A DNA stretch of 64,000 nucleotides, from NCBI GenBank assembly GCA_951406725.2, contig OX597820.1:6386001-6450000 (forward strand), in the 5' to 3' direction. Origin of the DNA: Octopus vulgaris (taxonomy: Eukaryota). How positions within the stretch are numbered: the stretch's first letter is position 1; every line of letters begins with the position of its first letter. The position numbers and the translations under genes are program-made. Positions 1 through 12,028 of the stretch are shown piece by piece. Under the pieces are notes generated by a model that saw only the letters and a list, made by a program, of their open reading frames with translations, ran no database searches and was not told the origin of the DNA.

Positions 1-65
1 GCAGAAGTAATGGCAGCAGCGGTCGCAGCAGCAGCTGTAGCGGCAGTAGCAATGAAAGCAGCAGC

Positions 66-134
<69 letters not shown>

Positions 135-139
135 GGTGT

Positions 140-170
<31 letters not shown>

Positions 171-175
171 GGTGT

Positions 176-210
<35 letters not shown>
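1..210. repeat. (GCA)n/(GTA)n/(GTG)n trinucleotide microsatellite
   Basis: Direct inspection; the poly-Ala/Val ORF 10..270 is its translation. Confidence 0.95.
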
Positions 211-212
<2 letters not shown>

Positions 213-834
213 CCAATTACAAAAACGTATTTTTTCATTCTTTGCTCTTAATAGTATAAAATTGAATTGAAGTTTTTCTATTTGCTTTCAAGATTCCTGA
301 CGTGAATGCTTCCGTTGAAACAGATTTTTATTCTATCTCGGGAGGGTCATTATGCCAGTAATGATCACACGCACTGGTTCTATATCAACTTTGGCATTAT
401 TTGGGCTGACCAAGTGTTCTCGAACCCAAACATCTGAAATGCGTGAATTAAGTGCAATGTGCTCTAACCGAGAAGCATATGCATAGCAGTTCTCATTTTG
501 TCTGCTCCAAAAAACATACAGAATATCCAAAGTTTTAAATTTCTGAACAAGTGGAGCTGAATAAAATAATTCTATTTGTGTGTGGAATATATCAATGAGA
601 AACTGTTGAAAAAACTAGCAAACACCGTTGAAAGAAACCAAAAATTTGAAACATGAGCGAGATAAGCCAATAGTATACTAAACAGAAGTAAAGATAACCA
701 ACCAATCAAATTATAACAAACGATTCGTTTAGCCAGGAATACGAGCCGCGAATATATGTGCACATTAGACAAGGAAATCCATGCATATCTATCCAGCTAT
801 CTATCTATCTATCTATATATATATAGAGAGAGAG

Positions 835-907
<73 letters not shown>

Positions 908-1230
908 TACACATACTTATATACAGATATAGTCACATATATACTTATGCAATGTAATGCAATACATATAGACACATTCATGCACACACCTACATACATG
1001 AATAGTTATAGATACACACGAGTACGCACATTTATGTATGTATAAGCCTAAATGTATGATGTGTGTATATTTCAGTATGTACATTCATAGAAACATACAT
1101 GCAAACATATATACATACATACATGTAAGCATGCAAATATACATTCAAGCTTAAATACATATGTACAAAGGTACAAGTACAAATCCAGCAGGTGTTATTC
1201 TAGAGCCGGGGTAGCTTACTAACCTATACC

Positions 1231-1432
1231 TATTTCTTTACTACCCACAAGGGGCTAAACACAGAGGGGACAAACAAGGACAGACAAACGGGTTAAGTTG
1301 ATTATATCGACCCTAGTGCGTAACTGGTACATAATCTGTCGACCCCGAAAGGATGAAAGGCAAAGTCGACCTCGGTGGAATTTGAACTCAGAACGTAACG
1401 GCAGACGAAATACGGCGTGCTAGCATTTCTGC
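1231..1432 (-). mobile_element. SINE family A (tRNA-like head, Nin/Deu-like central domain), head degenerate
   Basis: Minus strand has B-box GAGTTCAAATTCC, then CTTTGCCTTTCATCCTTTCGGGGTCGA, then tail TTTGTCCCCCTCTGTGTTTAGCCCCTTGTGGGTAGTAAAGAAATA. Similar copies recur across the window. Confidence 0.85.
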
Positions 1433-1979
1433 AGGCTTTCGTTACTTGTTTCAGGTGCCTCTATTGTCACGTGGAGCTATAAATACCCAGTGCAACGTCT
1501 GGAATTGGATATCTGGAGGTAAGGATGGCAGCACCGACGTCTTTCCTGTTATTCATGTTCAACTCAGGCTATCGAACTAACGTATGAAAGCCTGACTTGC
1601 TTAAGGACACAACACATTGCCCGATCCAAAATTTGAACTCATGAACAATTCACTGGGTCATGTGGCATCAGTGTATATTCATATTACTTCCAGGCCTGGA
1701 TGTGCCACAGAGAGTCTATGGCTCCGTGTGACTATAGAGGCACCTGAAATATGTAACGAAAGCATGTTACAAGTAAGCTACCCCGTTTCACGAGTGACGG
1801 CCGCTTTTAAACTTGTACCTATGTAGCTTTTCATGCATATAAATATATGTCGTTGTTCTGTTATATTTCAAGATTACTTCCTATTAGAGGAAGAACCGGT
1901 TTCTAACCTAGATCCAAGGCTCCTTCATTGAAATTTCGACATCAACAACAGGGTATTTTTGTATGTATGTATGTAATTC

Positions 1980-2172
1980 GACTTAAACGACATGCAAAGG
2001 TAGATGAAGCCCAGTTACAACTACAGCCGGCTACTGCCGGTAAAGGTTTTAGCTGTCAATTCTGTACATTGTAGATCTTTAGCTGGGCTAAAAAGTCACA
2101 TTCGATCACAGCACCAATAACAGTTAAGCTTCGTGCAATGGCCACACTCGATAACGAGGGGGCTGTCATCAT
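1980..2172 (+). mobile_element. RTE-clade LINE 3' end (C-terminal C2H2-like motif plus tail)
   Basis: Reads, with a frameshift, FSCQFCT/CRSLAGLKSHIRSQH*. Followed by tail GCTTCGTGCAATGGCCACACTCGATAACGAGGGGG and (TATG)n. Confidence 0.6.
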
Positions 2173-2214
2173 GTATGTATGTATGTGTGTATGTGTGTAT
2201 GTATGTATGTATGT

Positions 2215-2445
2215 ATATGTGCAGATTTGCCTGTCCTGCTCATTACATGTATTCTCATGCATATAGTTGCATATCTAGAAATACTCATACAAACTTAAAT
2301 GATAAACTTCTGGAAAGTTTTACAGATTTTTACAGTTCCGGTGATGGATTGGATCTGTAGTCTTCGAATTAGCTTTCTCTTTTCTGTTACATATCCCAGG
2401 GCTTCAATAATTAAGGTATAAACCGGAACTTGTAATCTGGATAGA
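2215..2445 (-). mobile_element. RLE-type (R4/Dong/NeSL-like) LINE 3' end fragment
   Basis: Minus strand encodes, with frameshifts, YPDYKFRFIP..IIEALGYVT..KRKLIRRLQIQSITGTVKICKTFQKFII*, ending in a (TACA)n tail. Confidence 0.6.
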
Positions 2446-2464
2446 TTAGTAAGTATGCCTGTAC

Positions 2465-2791
2465 TGGCACACCGTCAGTTACAACGACGAGGGTGCCGAT
2501 CCATACAATCGAAGGAATAGCCTGCTCGTGAAATCACCACGCAAGTGGCTGAGTACTCCACAGACACGCATACCCATAACGTAGTTCGGAGCAGGGGTTG
2601 AGGGTCGGGGTCCAGCATGATGCAGAATGTAAAGCTGACCTTTTAAATTACACATTTTTGTCACCTGAGTTCACTGGATTAACGTGAAATAAACTATCTT
2701 GTGTGAGGATACAACGCACCGTCGGGAATCGAACTCACAGCATTATGATCGTGAGCAGAATACCCTAACCACTAAGCCCACGCGCCTTCAC
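2465..2791 (-). mobile_element. tRNA-head SINE with a C-type head and D-type tail
   Basis: Head TGAAGGCGCGTGGGCTTAGTGGTTAGGG..GAGTTCGATTCCC resembles 5188. Tail GTCTGTGGAGTACTCAGCCACTT...GACGGTGTGCCA matches 32050-32148. Confidence 0.75.
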
Positions 2792-3473
2792 ATGTATGTA
2801 TGTATCTGTTAATGTGTGTGTATCATTTATATATGAATTTAGGATTAAATATGCGAGATCTACAAGAGATAAGTAGATACACATCGTATCGACTATCAAT
2901 ATTGCCCGAAGAAAATATTGGATAATTCTTATTTCCCTATTTCCAATGGATAAATATAAAAATTCTTTGTATATTAAGAATCAATATCTATTCAATAGAG
3001 ATAAGGAAACCTGGAATACATTAATAAATAGACGGATAAATAAAAATACAAACATACACATCGTTAAAGAAATATATAAAACCATTTCTCCAAACTGTAA
3101 ATTGATAATTATGTATATACAAAATATGATTTCGATTTGGTTGGTTGTAAGGCGCCACGAGGTCAGTTTTCATTAGTTGGCAGCACTTGGAATAAATTTC
3201 GATATGGTTTTTTTACAATATGCTGTTTGTGTAGCATAGAAATTAATGTAGCGTAACAATTGGTGAGTGCTTCGTCACACATGTTGAGCAGTTGCGCCGC
3301 TACTCCTGTGTTTTGGATGCCACTTGCTCGTTGCTTCTATTGATCGTTTGAGATTGTTTCTGTCTGATGTGGTCCCATGGCCCACGCCTACCACCACCAC
3401 CACCACCACCCGTCCCCGGTCCCACCCCCCGCCCAATCCGCTTCCTAGTAGGCATGTCTCACATTAACTACAT

Positions 3474-3534
<61 letters not shown>

Positions 3535-3661
3535 ATATATATACGTGTGTGTGTGTGCTGTATACATACACACGCGTACATACATATACACATACGTACA
3601 TATATTCATACGAGCATACATAAGAAATTTTGAAACGAAACGGAACAATGACACATAAATG

Positions 3662-3698
<37 letters not shown>

Positions 3699-3766
3699 AT
3701 GCATATATATATGTGTATATATATAACCCCCTCTCTCTCACTATATATATACACATGCATATATAC

Positions 3767-3811
<45 letters not shown>

Positions 3812-4714
3812 CCCCTCTCTCTCACTACATATATATATATAATATACACACCTTCATGCCTACATATTCGTTTGGATGTATAGACGAGAGGAATTAAATA
3901 CAGAATGATTGAATGATTGCAGAAATGTAGGTCAGTGTATTAATTTTTAATGCTTTCTTAACGTAATCTCAGTTTCGAATACACCCACCCATACATACAT
4001 ACATACATACATACATACATACATACATACATACATACACACACATACATATACATATTTACATTTTTCAACAGTCTTCGTGTTTGGGCTTTTCTCAGAC
4101 CTTACACTTTTCATTTATCTTCATCCTGGCAATATTGTAAGGCAATGACAAATCTTAACTGAAAAGATTTAATTAAACAGAAACATGTCCTAAGTTGTTG
4201 TCATTGTAATATAGCTTACACTGTTCCCCCATTATGATCGATTATAATAAACTCAATAAAATGAAACGATGTGGACTGTCTCCCACTGTTCATCTTTGCG
4301 AAGCATTCATTAAGCTACTTCATCATCCTTATACTAATTGTAACTGTAATTAAAATCGCCAGCTAATTACATAAAATATGTGAACGCCAAGTAAATCTGC
4401 TTCAAGAAAGGGTTGTCACAATTAATATGATAGAGTCGCTAGGATGGGAGATTGGATATATTTTGAGGGGCATATTCCCGATCTGTGCGTACTGAGTTCA
4501 AAACCGACCTGTGTCAACATTGCTTTTCTTTCTTTCAAGACCAGAAAAAGGTGAGTGGTTGACCGAACTTTTCTGGTGTTGACTGAGATGCCTTGTGGTA
4601 TTTGGTCCATCGTGACTTCCAAATCCACGCCTATTAGAGTCCTCCTCCCTCCCAGCTGAAAATTTAAGGGTGCCCGGTGCATGGAGTGTAATAACAATAT
4701 GAAAATTGACTCAA

Positions 4715-4868
4715 CGTGGCTGTGTAGTAAAAAGCTTGCTAACCAACCACATGGTTCCGGGTTCAGTCCCACTGTGAGGTACCTTGGGCAAGTGTCTTCT
4801 GCTATAGCCCTGGGGCGACCAATACCTTGTGAGTGGATTTGGTAGACGGAAACTGAAAGAAGCCTGTC

Positions 4869-4870
<2 letters not shown>
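4715..4870 (+). mobile_element. SINE family B (CORE-like), 5' half
   Basis: tRNA-like head GTGGCTGTGTAGTAA..GGGTTCAGTCCC and CORE-like ACCTTGGGCAAGTGTCTT. Ends at the internal (TA)n. Confidence 0.85.
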
Positions 4871-4903
<33 letters not shown>

Positions 4904-4910
<7 letters not shown>

Positions 4911-5081
4911 ATTATATAGAAGGAGTTTCTACAGGACTAGTACTGTTTCATTCAAGAGAAATCTTCAGGAATGAAACAGTACTAGTCCTGTAGAAGCTCC
5001 TTCTATATAATAAATTAATTTTACTCTGCTATGTATTGAGTACCTTACTTACTGTGGTTAACCCCGAATCAACCCGGGACC

Positions 5082-5083
<2 letters not shown>
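4904..5083. mobile_element. Fold-back PLE-like insert with 50-bp inverted arms
   Basis: Arms 4904-4953 and 4969-5018 with 1 mismatch and a 15-nt loop. Flanked by (TA)n. Confidence 0.7.
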
Positions 5084-5156
<73 letters not shown>

Positions 5157-5187
5157 GTGTGTGTGTGTGTGTGTGAAGGCTATATAT

Positions 5188-5522
5188 GGTGAAGGCGCAT
5201 GGCTTAGTGGTTAGAGCGTCGAGCTTACGATCGTGAGGTTGTGAGCTCGAATCCCGGACCGGGCTGCGTGTTGTGTTCTCGAGCAAGGCACTTTATTTCA
5301 CGTTGCTCCAGTTCACTCAGCTGTAGAAATGAGTTGCGACGTCACTGGTGCCAAGCTGTATCGACCTTTGTCTTTCCCTTGGATAACACTGGTGGCGTGG
5401 AGAGGGGAGGCTGGTATGCAATGGGCGACTGCTGGTCTTCCATAAACAACCTTGCCCGGACTTGTGTCTAGGAGGATAACTTTCTAGGTGCAATCCCATG
5501 GTCATTCATGACCGAAGGGGGT

Positions 5523-5527
<5 letters not shown>
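5188..5527 (+). mobile_element. SINE family C, full length
   Basis: A-box TGGCTTAGTGG, B-box-like GAGCTCGAATCCC, then TTGTGTTCTCGAGCAAGGCACTTTA. Body nearly identical to 40878-41141. Confidence 0.85.
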
Positions 5528-5589
<62 letters not shown>

Positions 5590-5600
<11 letters not shown>

Positions 5601-5809
5601 TTGTGTGTGTGTGTTTGTCTCCCTAGCATTGCTTGACAACTGATGCTGGTGTGTTTACGTCCCCGTTACTTAGCGGTTCGGGAAAAGAGACCGATAGAAT
5701 AAGTACTGGGCTTACAAAGAATAAGTCCCGGGGTCGAGTTGCTCGACTAAAGGCAGTGCTCCAGCATGGCCGCAGTCAAATGACTGAAACAAGTAAAAGA
5801 GTAAAAAGA

Positions 5810-5811
<2 letters not shown>
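5590..5811 (+). mobile_element. SINE family B, 3' half with CR1-like tail
   Basis: Continues the 4715-4870 copy. Ends GGCAGTGCTCCAGCATGGCCGCAGTCAAATGACTGAAACAAGTAAAAGAG. Confidence 0.85.
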
Positions 5812-5854
<43 letters not shown>

Positions 5855-5855
<1 letters not shown>

Positions 5856-6064
5856 CGGGAAGCTTTATGAAAATAAGCAAAAGACGAAGGCAGGTGGAGT
5901 ACAAACAAACAATGTATTAGTATGGCGCTCAGGAATATAAATAAAACAAGTCTTTTACGTTTCGAGCCTACGCTCTTCAACAGAAAGATACACAGAAGAA
6001 AAACACGGAGAGAAACAAGGAGAGAAATAAAATGCGTGCAGAAGCTAGCGAATCAACATGGCGA
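5855..6064 (-). mobile_element. Hammerhead-like mini-element, subfamily H1
   Basis: Minus 5951-5988 reads tcttt CTGTTGA A GAGC gtag GCTC GAAAC GTA aaaga. Flanked by (TA)n. Confidence 0.7.
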
Positions 6065-6166
6065 TATATATATATATATATATACTAAGCAATAAAGGGT
6101 TTAGCAACGAATTGCCTTACCACAGACCGAATTTAGAAATAGCAGTCAAAGAGTTATAGCTATTTC

Positions 6167-6205
<39 letters not shown>

Positions 6206-6206
6206 A

Positions 6207-6238
<32 letters not shown>

Positions 6239-6244
6239 ATGCAT

Positions 6245-6910
6245 ATTATCACGTGACTGACCCCTCTATCAGATGCTGTTACACATCGCTAATCAAAATG
6301 TGCTTTTTACATTGTTTTAGCCTTCAAATGGCGCCACCTCACTGGCTGAACGAGGAGGACAAAATCCTCCCTCTCCAAACATTTCGTTCTTCGTCTACCC
6401 TAAGATCTCCTGTTGCTTGGCTCGGCTCGAAGAATCTGTCTTGCGATCCTTTCCTGCGACACCCCCAAGTCCATAGAACTGGAGTTGTGATTTCTCAATG
6501 CGGAAAAGTAGGTGTTCAACCTGTAGAGGCTCCCTGATCTCTGAGCGAACAAAACAGAAACTACGCCGGCAACTTGGAAATTTGACGTCTTTTCTTGTCT
6601 TCCTTCCACCCGAGCATATGTAATCCTTGTTGATGTATCTCTGCAGATATACATGATTAAGTATACAGTTGGATAACGGTCAAGAACCTAAATTCCTAGT
6701 CGTAGAATATGCCATGTTGGAATTTCCATTGACCGGGAAGTCATTTCTGTACATTTTGGTCTCAGTGTAGTGCCAAAGTTTTTTGTTGAAATACTAGCTA
6801 AATAGACTCAAATTACACACCAATATTCCGGTTATGATGTTTAATGTAACTCTAATGTACATTGTGACTGGTGTAAAGGCGGCATTCCTACCACGGGATG
6901 GCAGCTGACC
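6245..6910 (-). mobile_element. Decayed RTE (Rex3/Expander-like) LINE ORF C-terminus
   Basis: Minus frames give RSEIREPLQVEHLLFRIEKSQLQFYG...SQERIARQILRAEPSNRRS*GRRRTK, resembling RTE 'IERSQLRWFGH..GRRPRGRPRTRW'. Confidence 0.65.
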
Positions 6911-7324
6911 TAGGGCTGAACAATAACATGAAAAATTATATCACATCTGTTATGTACAAGACACCACAATACGCTATGAAGCAGAAGCAGTTATACCTTA
7001 AATACATAGAAATAGTAGCAGACATGGACGAAGAAGAAGAAGAAGATGAGGAAGGGGATGAAGAAGAAGAAGAAAATAAAAATAAAATAATGATATAGAG
7101 GGAGAGGAGAAGAAAATAAAAAAGAAGAAAATGAGAAGGAAGACAAAAAGAAAATAATACTGAGGAGGAGGAGGAGGGGGAAGAGAAGAGGAAGGAAGAA
7201 GAAAAGAAAATAAGAAACGGGTGTAGAGGAAGTAGAATAACGAGGGAGAGTAGTAGATGAAAGAGGTAGTAGTAGTAGTACTAGTGGTGGTGGTGGTAAT
7301 GCTGGTTTTGGCAGTAGTAGCAGT

Positions 7325-9035
7325 AGTGGTGGTGGTAGTTGTGGTGGTGACATTAGTAGTAGTAGTAGTAATAGTAGTAGCTGTAGTGTTGGTGGTAGTT
7401 GTGGTGGTGACATTAGTAGTAGTAGTAGTAGTAGTAGTAGTAGCTGTAAAGTTGGTGGTAGTTGTGGTGGTGAAATTAGTAGTAGTAATAGTAGTAGCTG
7501 TAGTGTTGGTGGTAGTTGTGGTGGTGACATTAGTAGTAGTAGTAATAGTAGTAGCTGTAGTGTTGGTGGTAGTTGTGGTGGTGACATTAGTAGTAGTAGT
7601 AATAGTAGTAGCTGTAGTGTTGGTGGTAGTTGTGGTGGTGACATTAGTAGTAGTAATAGTAGTAGCTGTAGTGTTGGTGGTAGTTGTGGTGGTGACATTA
7701 GTAGTAGTAATAGTAGTAGCTGTAGTGTTGGTGGTAGTTGTGGTGGTGACATTAGTAGTAGTAGTAATAGTAGTAGCTGTAGTGTTGGTGGTAGTTGTGG
7801 TGGTGACATTAGTAGTAGTAGTAGTAATAGTAGTAGTTGTAGTGTTGGTGGTAGTTGTGGTGGTGACAGTAGTAGTAGTAGTAATAGTAGTAGCTGTATT
7901 GTTGGTGGTAGTTGTGGTGGTGAAATTAGTAGTAGTAGTAGTAATAGTAGTAGCTGTAGTGTTGGTGGTAGTTGTGGTGGTGACATTAGTAGTAGTAGTA
8001 GTAGTAATAGTAGTAGCTGTAATGTTGGTGGTAGTTGTGGTGGTGACATTAGTAGTAGTAGTAGTAGTAATAGTAGTAGCTGTAATGTTGGTGGTAGTTG
8101 TGGTGGTGACATTAGTAGTAGTAGTAGTAGTAGTAGTAATAGTAGTAGCTGTAGTGTTGGTGGTAGTTGTGGTGGTGACATTAGTAGTAGTAGTAGTAGT
8201 AATAGTAGTAGCTGTAGTGTTGGTGGTAGTTGTGGTGGTGACATTAGTAGTAGTAGTAGTAATAGTAGTAGCTGTAGTGTTGGTGGTAGTTGTGGTGGTG
8301 ACATTAGTAGTAGTAGTAATAGTAGTAGCTGTAGTGTTGGTGGTAGTTGTGGTGGTGACATTAGTAGTAGTAGTAATAGTAGTAGCTGTAGTGTTGGTGG
8401 TAGTTGTGGTGGTGACATTAGTAGTAGTAGTAATAGTAGTAGCTGTAGTGTTGGTGGTAGTTGTGGTGGTGACATTAGTAGTAGTAGTAATAGTAGTAGC
8501 TGTAGTGTTGGTGGTAGTTGTGGTGGTGACATTAGTAGTAGTAGTAATAGTAGTAGCTGTAGTGTTGGTGGTAGTTGTGGTGGTGACATTAGTAGTAGTA
8601 GTAATAGTAGTAGCTGTAGTGTTGGTGGTAGTTGTGGTGGTGACAGTAGTAGTAGTAGTAGTAATAGTAGTAGCTGTAGTGTTGGTGGTAGTTGTGGTGG
8701 TGACATTAGTAGTAGTAGCAGTAGTAATAGTAGTAGCTGTAGTGTTGGTGGTAGTTGTGGTGGTGACAGTAGTAGTAGTAGTAATAGTAGTAGCTGTAAT
8801 GTTGGTGGTAGTTGTGGTGGTGAAATTAGTAGTAGTAGCAGTAGTAATAGTAGTAGCTGTAGTGTTGGTGGTAGTTGTGGTGGTGACATTAGTAGTAGTA
8901 GTAGTAGTAGTAGTAATAGTAGTAGCTGTAGTGTTGGTGGTAGTTGTGGTGGTGACATTAGTAGTAGTAGTAGTAGTAGTAGTAATAGTAGTAGCTGTAG
9001 TGTTGGTGGTAGTTGTGGTGGTGACATTAGTAGTA
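7325..9035. repeat. Minisatellite/VNTR, ~29 units of ~54-69 bp: GGTGGTAGTTGTGGTGGTGACATT(AGT)nAATAGTAGTAGCTGTAGTGTT
   Basis: Direct inspection. Unit length varies by whole AGT triplets, which explains ORFs 6991..9027 and 7257..9302. Confidence 0.95.
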
Positions 9036-9207
9036 GTATTAGTAGTGGTCGTGGTGGTGGCGTTATTATTATTATTATTATTATTAGTAGTAGTAGTAGT
9101 AGTATTAGTAGTAGTAGTAGTAGTAGTTAGAGGAGAAGAAGAAGAGAAACGGAAGGATTATGACAACGGTAATAACGGAAGTGACACCAATAACAAGAAA
9201 TACGGTG

Positions 9208-9242
<35 letters not shown>

Positions 9243-9555
9243 ATGAAGCCGAGACGAGAGTCAGTTGTGCAAAGTGGACAAAGGAACGCGTTGAACCGAT
9301 AATGTTGGTTTTTGTGCTGTTTTATGTGGTAATGTAGTGTATCATTAATCAAATGGAGAATTGATACACACTACTACTACTACTATTACTACTGCTGTTG
9401 CTGCTGTTGCTGCTGCTTTTGTAGTGTGAGAAGTTTTAGTACTTGTAGCTGTAGTATTAGTATTATTTGGAAGTAGTAAAACGAAGAGTTGCGAGAGGAG
9501 GTTGATGACGAGTCTGAGTAATGACAAAATAAACGAAGACGGGGGACGTCGACGC

Positions 9556-9590
<35 letters not shown>

Positions 9591-10559
9591 CAGCGATGGT
9601 GGTGGTGGTGGTGGTAGTGTAGAGTGGGAGGAGGTGGAGGAGGAAGAAGAAACGGTGGAAAACGATTAGAAGAAAACAAAGTAGATCGAAAAAAAAAAAT
9701 TTCAACGAAATAAAAGCAGACAAAACGGGGGGAAACAAAAAGAAAATGAGGTGAGTGTTGGGAGGAGGAGAGGAAGAGGGGGGAGGTGACGACTGAGATG
9801 AATAAAAAGAAAGAGATTAAGAGAAAGGAAAGAAAGAAAGAAAGAAAAAGACGGAAAGAAAGAAAGAAAAGAGAGTGGAATGCTAAAGATTTAAATAATG
9901 CATCAAACAAGAGCGTTGTGTTCTGAGCAAAGTTAGAGGAAGTGGAAAGATGGAGGAAGTAGAAAAAGAGGCTTCTTGGAAAACGGTCCCTTAAGTATTG
10001 AAGGAATCTAATTTGAATTTCCCCGAAGCTGGAATTTAGAGTTGGCATTTTTTTTATCTGAAAATTAGTCGCAATGTGAGTAAAACACACACACACAGAC
10101 ACACACACGGGGACAGACAAACACATACATATACACGCACGGAAAAAGACAGACACATACACACACACACGGACACACGTGACATATGTACATATATAGA
10201 TGTATTATGTACCTCTATGTATATATATATATATAGGTATTCTTATCTCTCTTTCCCCCTCTCTCTCTGTATATATACATATACACACATTTCTGTGTCA
10301 ATATATATAAACACATATATTTGTACACCTCTATTTATATGCTTATCTCTTCCTATGCATACATGCTTACATTGCATATATACATTGCATGCATATATAC
10401 GTATATACGCGCACACATACATGATACATACATACATGCATTCATGCGTGCATACATACACTTGCACGTACGCGAGTTCAACCGAGTGACATGCAATAGA
10501 TAACTTTTTTTTTAATTACTGACATCGATCGATCCAATTGCCCGTGTTTGGTAGACTCA

Positions 10560-11460
10560 TTTTCCCTCCATACAAACGTACAATTCAACATAGTCGCCTT
10601 CCCGTAGAAGCATTTGTGCCATCTTCGAAACCATTCCTTGAATTCTCTTTGAAAGAAACTTGAAATATACGCTTTTGTACCTAATATTTGATGGCCAATA
10701 CCATCTCCTCTGTCTCATCAAATCTTTCTTTCCAAAGACCGTCCTTCGTTGCACAGAACATTGAATGTTAGTGGACGCCCTTCACGCCCTGTCCTGTACA
10801 ATCCAAATTCCTGATTCCTTGATTTGTTGACAAATATTTGTGTCACCCATTATCATGTCGAACGCACTTAGTCTTCAAATTCTTGTCCTGACCCTTCTTC
10901 CTAATGGCTTCTTAATGTATTTTTGAGTTTCTCAGGGTATCCTCTGCCCGACACGGCTCAGTGACGTAAGAGTAAATCAAAGGAGAACGACGCGCTTGTG
11001 ATTCCACCAAAAGAGCCACTGATCATAGGATCCTGAAAGTCTTGGAGCAGAGGTGTGGCAATATTTGATCGTTTAAACCTTCATTTCCCGGATCATAAAG
11101 TTTCGATCACGTTTCATATGTTGTCAACAGATCGAAAAATAGTGTGGTCGTTTGATTTAAACTGTTCCAGAGGATCAAAGCAGGCATCCAACCGTCTTTC
11201 CTTCATACTACTGAGATGGTTGTTGATGGTCACTCACTGCGTGAATTATCTTCAAAACTGGTTTACCCTTCATCAGACGTCTTCCTCAATCTATGCCTGT
11301 TGCTCTTATGAAACAAAGTCATCTCTTTAGAAAGCCTGTAGCCTTCTGTGGATGCACGCCTCCTTACCGCAAAATTGAATGATGGCGCTTTGCTCCAGCT
11401 CGGCACCCATTATTTGCTTACAATGAGCATGTTGAAGAGTTACTCGACCGACATATATCA
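10560..11460 (+). mobile_element. Very old, decayed LINE RT remnant (Jockey/CR1 group?)
   Basis: Scattered motifs in the expected order: VSQGILCPT (cf. GVPQGSVLSP), STDRKIV..DL, then CSLLW (cf. YCSHIW). Many stops and frameshifts. Confidence 0.35.
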
Positions 11461-11710
11461 CTTAATAAATATAAGCTTTTCCAATACTTTTGGGACAGCC
11501 TTAGCGCATGTGTGTACGTATTTATATTTCTACATATATATAATCATACATTTATATTAATATATATGTATATATATATATATATACATGTAGTATATAT
11601 ATATATATACAACATATAAAATTATATATATATGTATGTATATATAATACTACATATACATATATATGCATGTGAGTGTGTATGCGTAAAAAACAGGTCA
11701 TCGTTAAGTC

Positions 11711-11756
<46 letters not shown>

Positions 11757-11758
<2 letters not shown>

Positions 11759-11957
11759 GAGGAAGCACAGAAATGCAAAACAGGGTGGAAAAGAATAGTA
11801 CTCGAATACCGAAGTGCTACAAAAAACTTCACAAAAACTGTTACTCGGAGTTTCAAGTTCCCGTTCGTCGGTATTTGTGATCACAAATGTCCGACAAACG
11901 GGAAGGTGAAACTGAGTAACGATGGCTTTTGTGATGGTTTTGAAGCTTCAATACGGA

Positions 11958-11960
<3 letters not shown>
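11757..11960. mobile_element. Fold-back PLE-like insert
   Basis: Imperfect ~80-bp inverted arms centred on ATTTGTGATCACAAAT. The minus-strand left arm reads CCGACGAA..GAAAC TCCGA GTA. Confidence 0.6.

Positions 11961-12028
<68 letters not shown>

Noticed and set aside
300-780. Short ORFs 333..530 and 572..772
   Set aside because: No recognisable domain or splice structure.
5188-5265. tRNA genes at SINE heads (also 31771, 39960, 45770)
   Set aside because: A/B boxes are present but run on into SINE bodies, and I see no complete cloverleaf or poly-T terminator.
7325-9035. CRISPR-like repeat/spacer appearance
   Set aside because: The 'spacers' are only variable AGT runs; eukaryotic context and no cas genes.
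6991-9302. 678-aa Leu/Pro and 681-aa Val ORFs
   Set aside because: Artefacts of the triplet-based minisatellite, with implausible composition.
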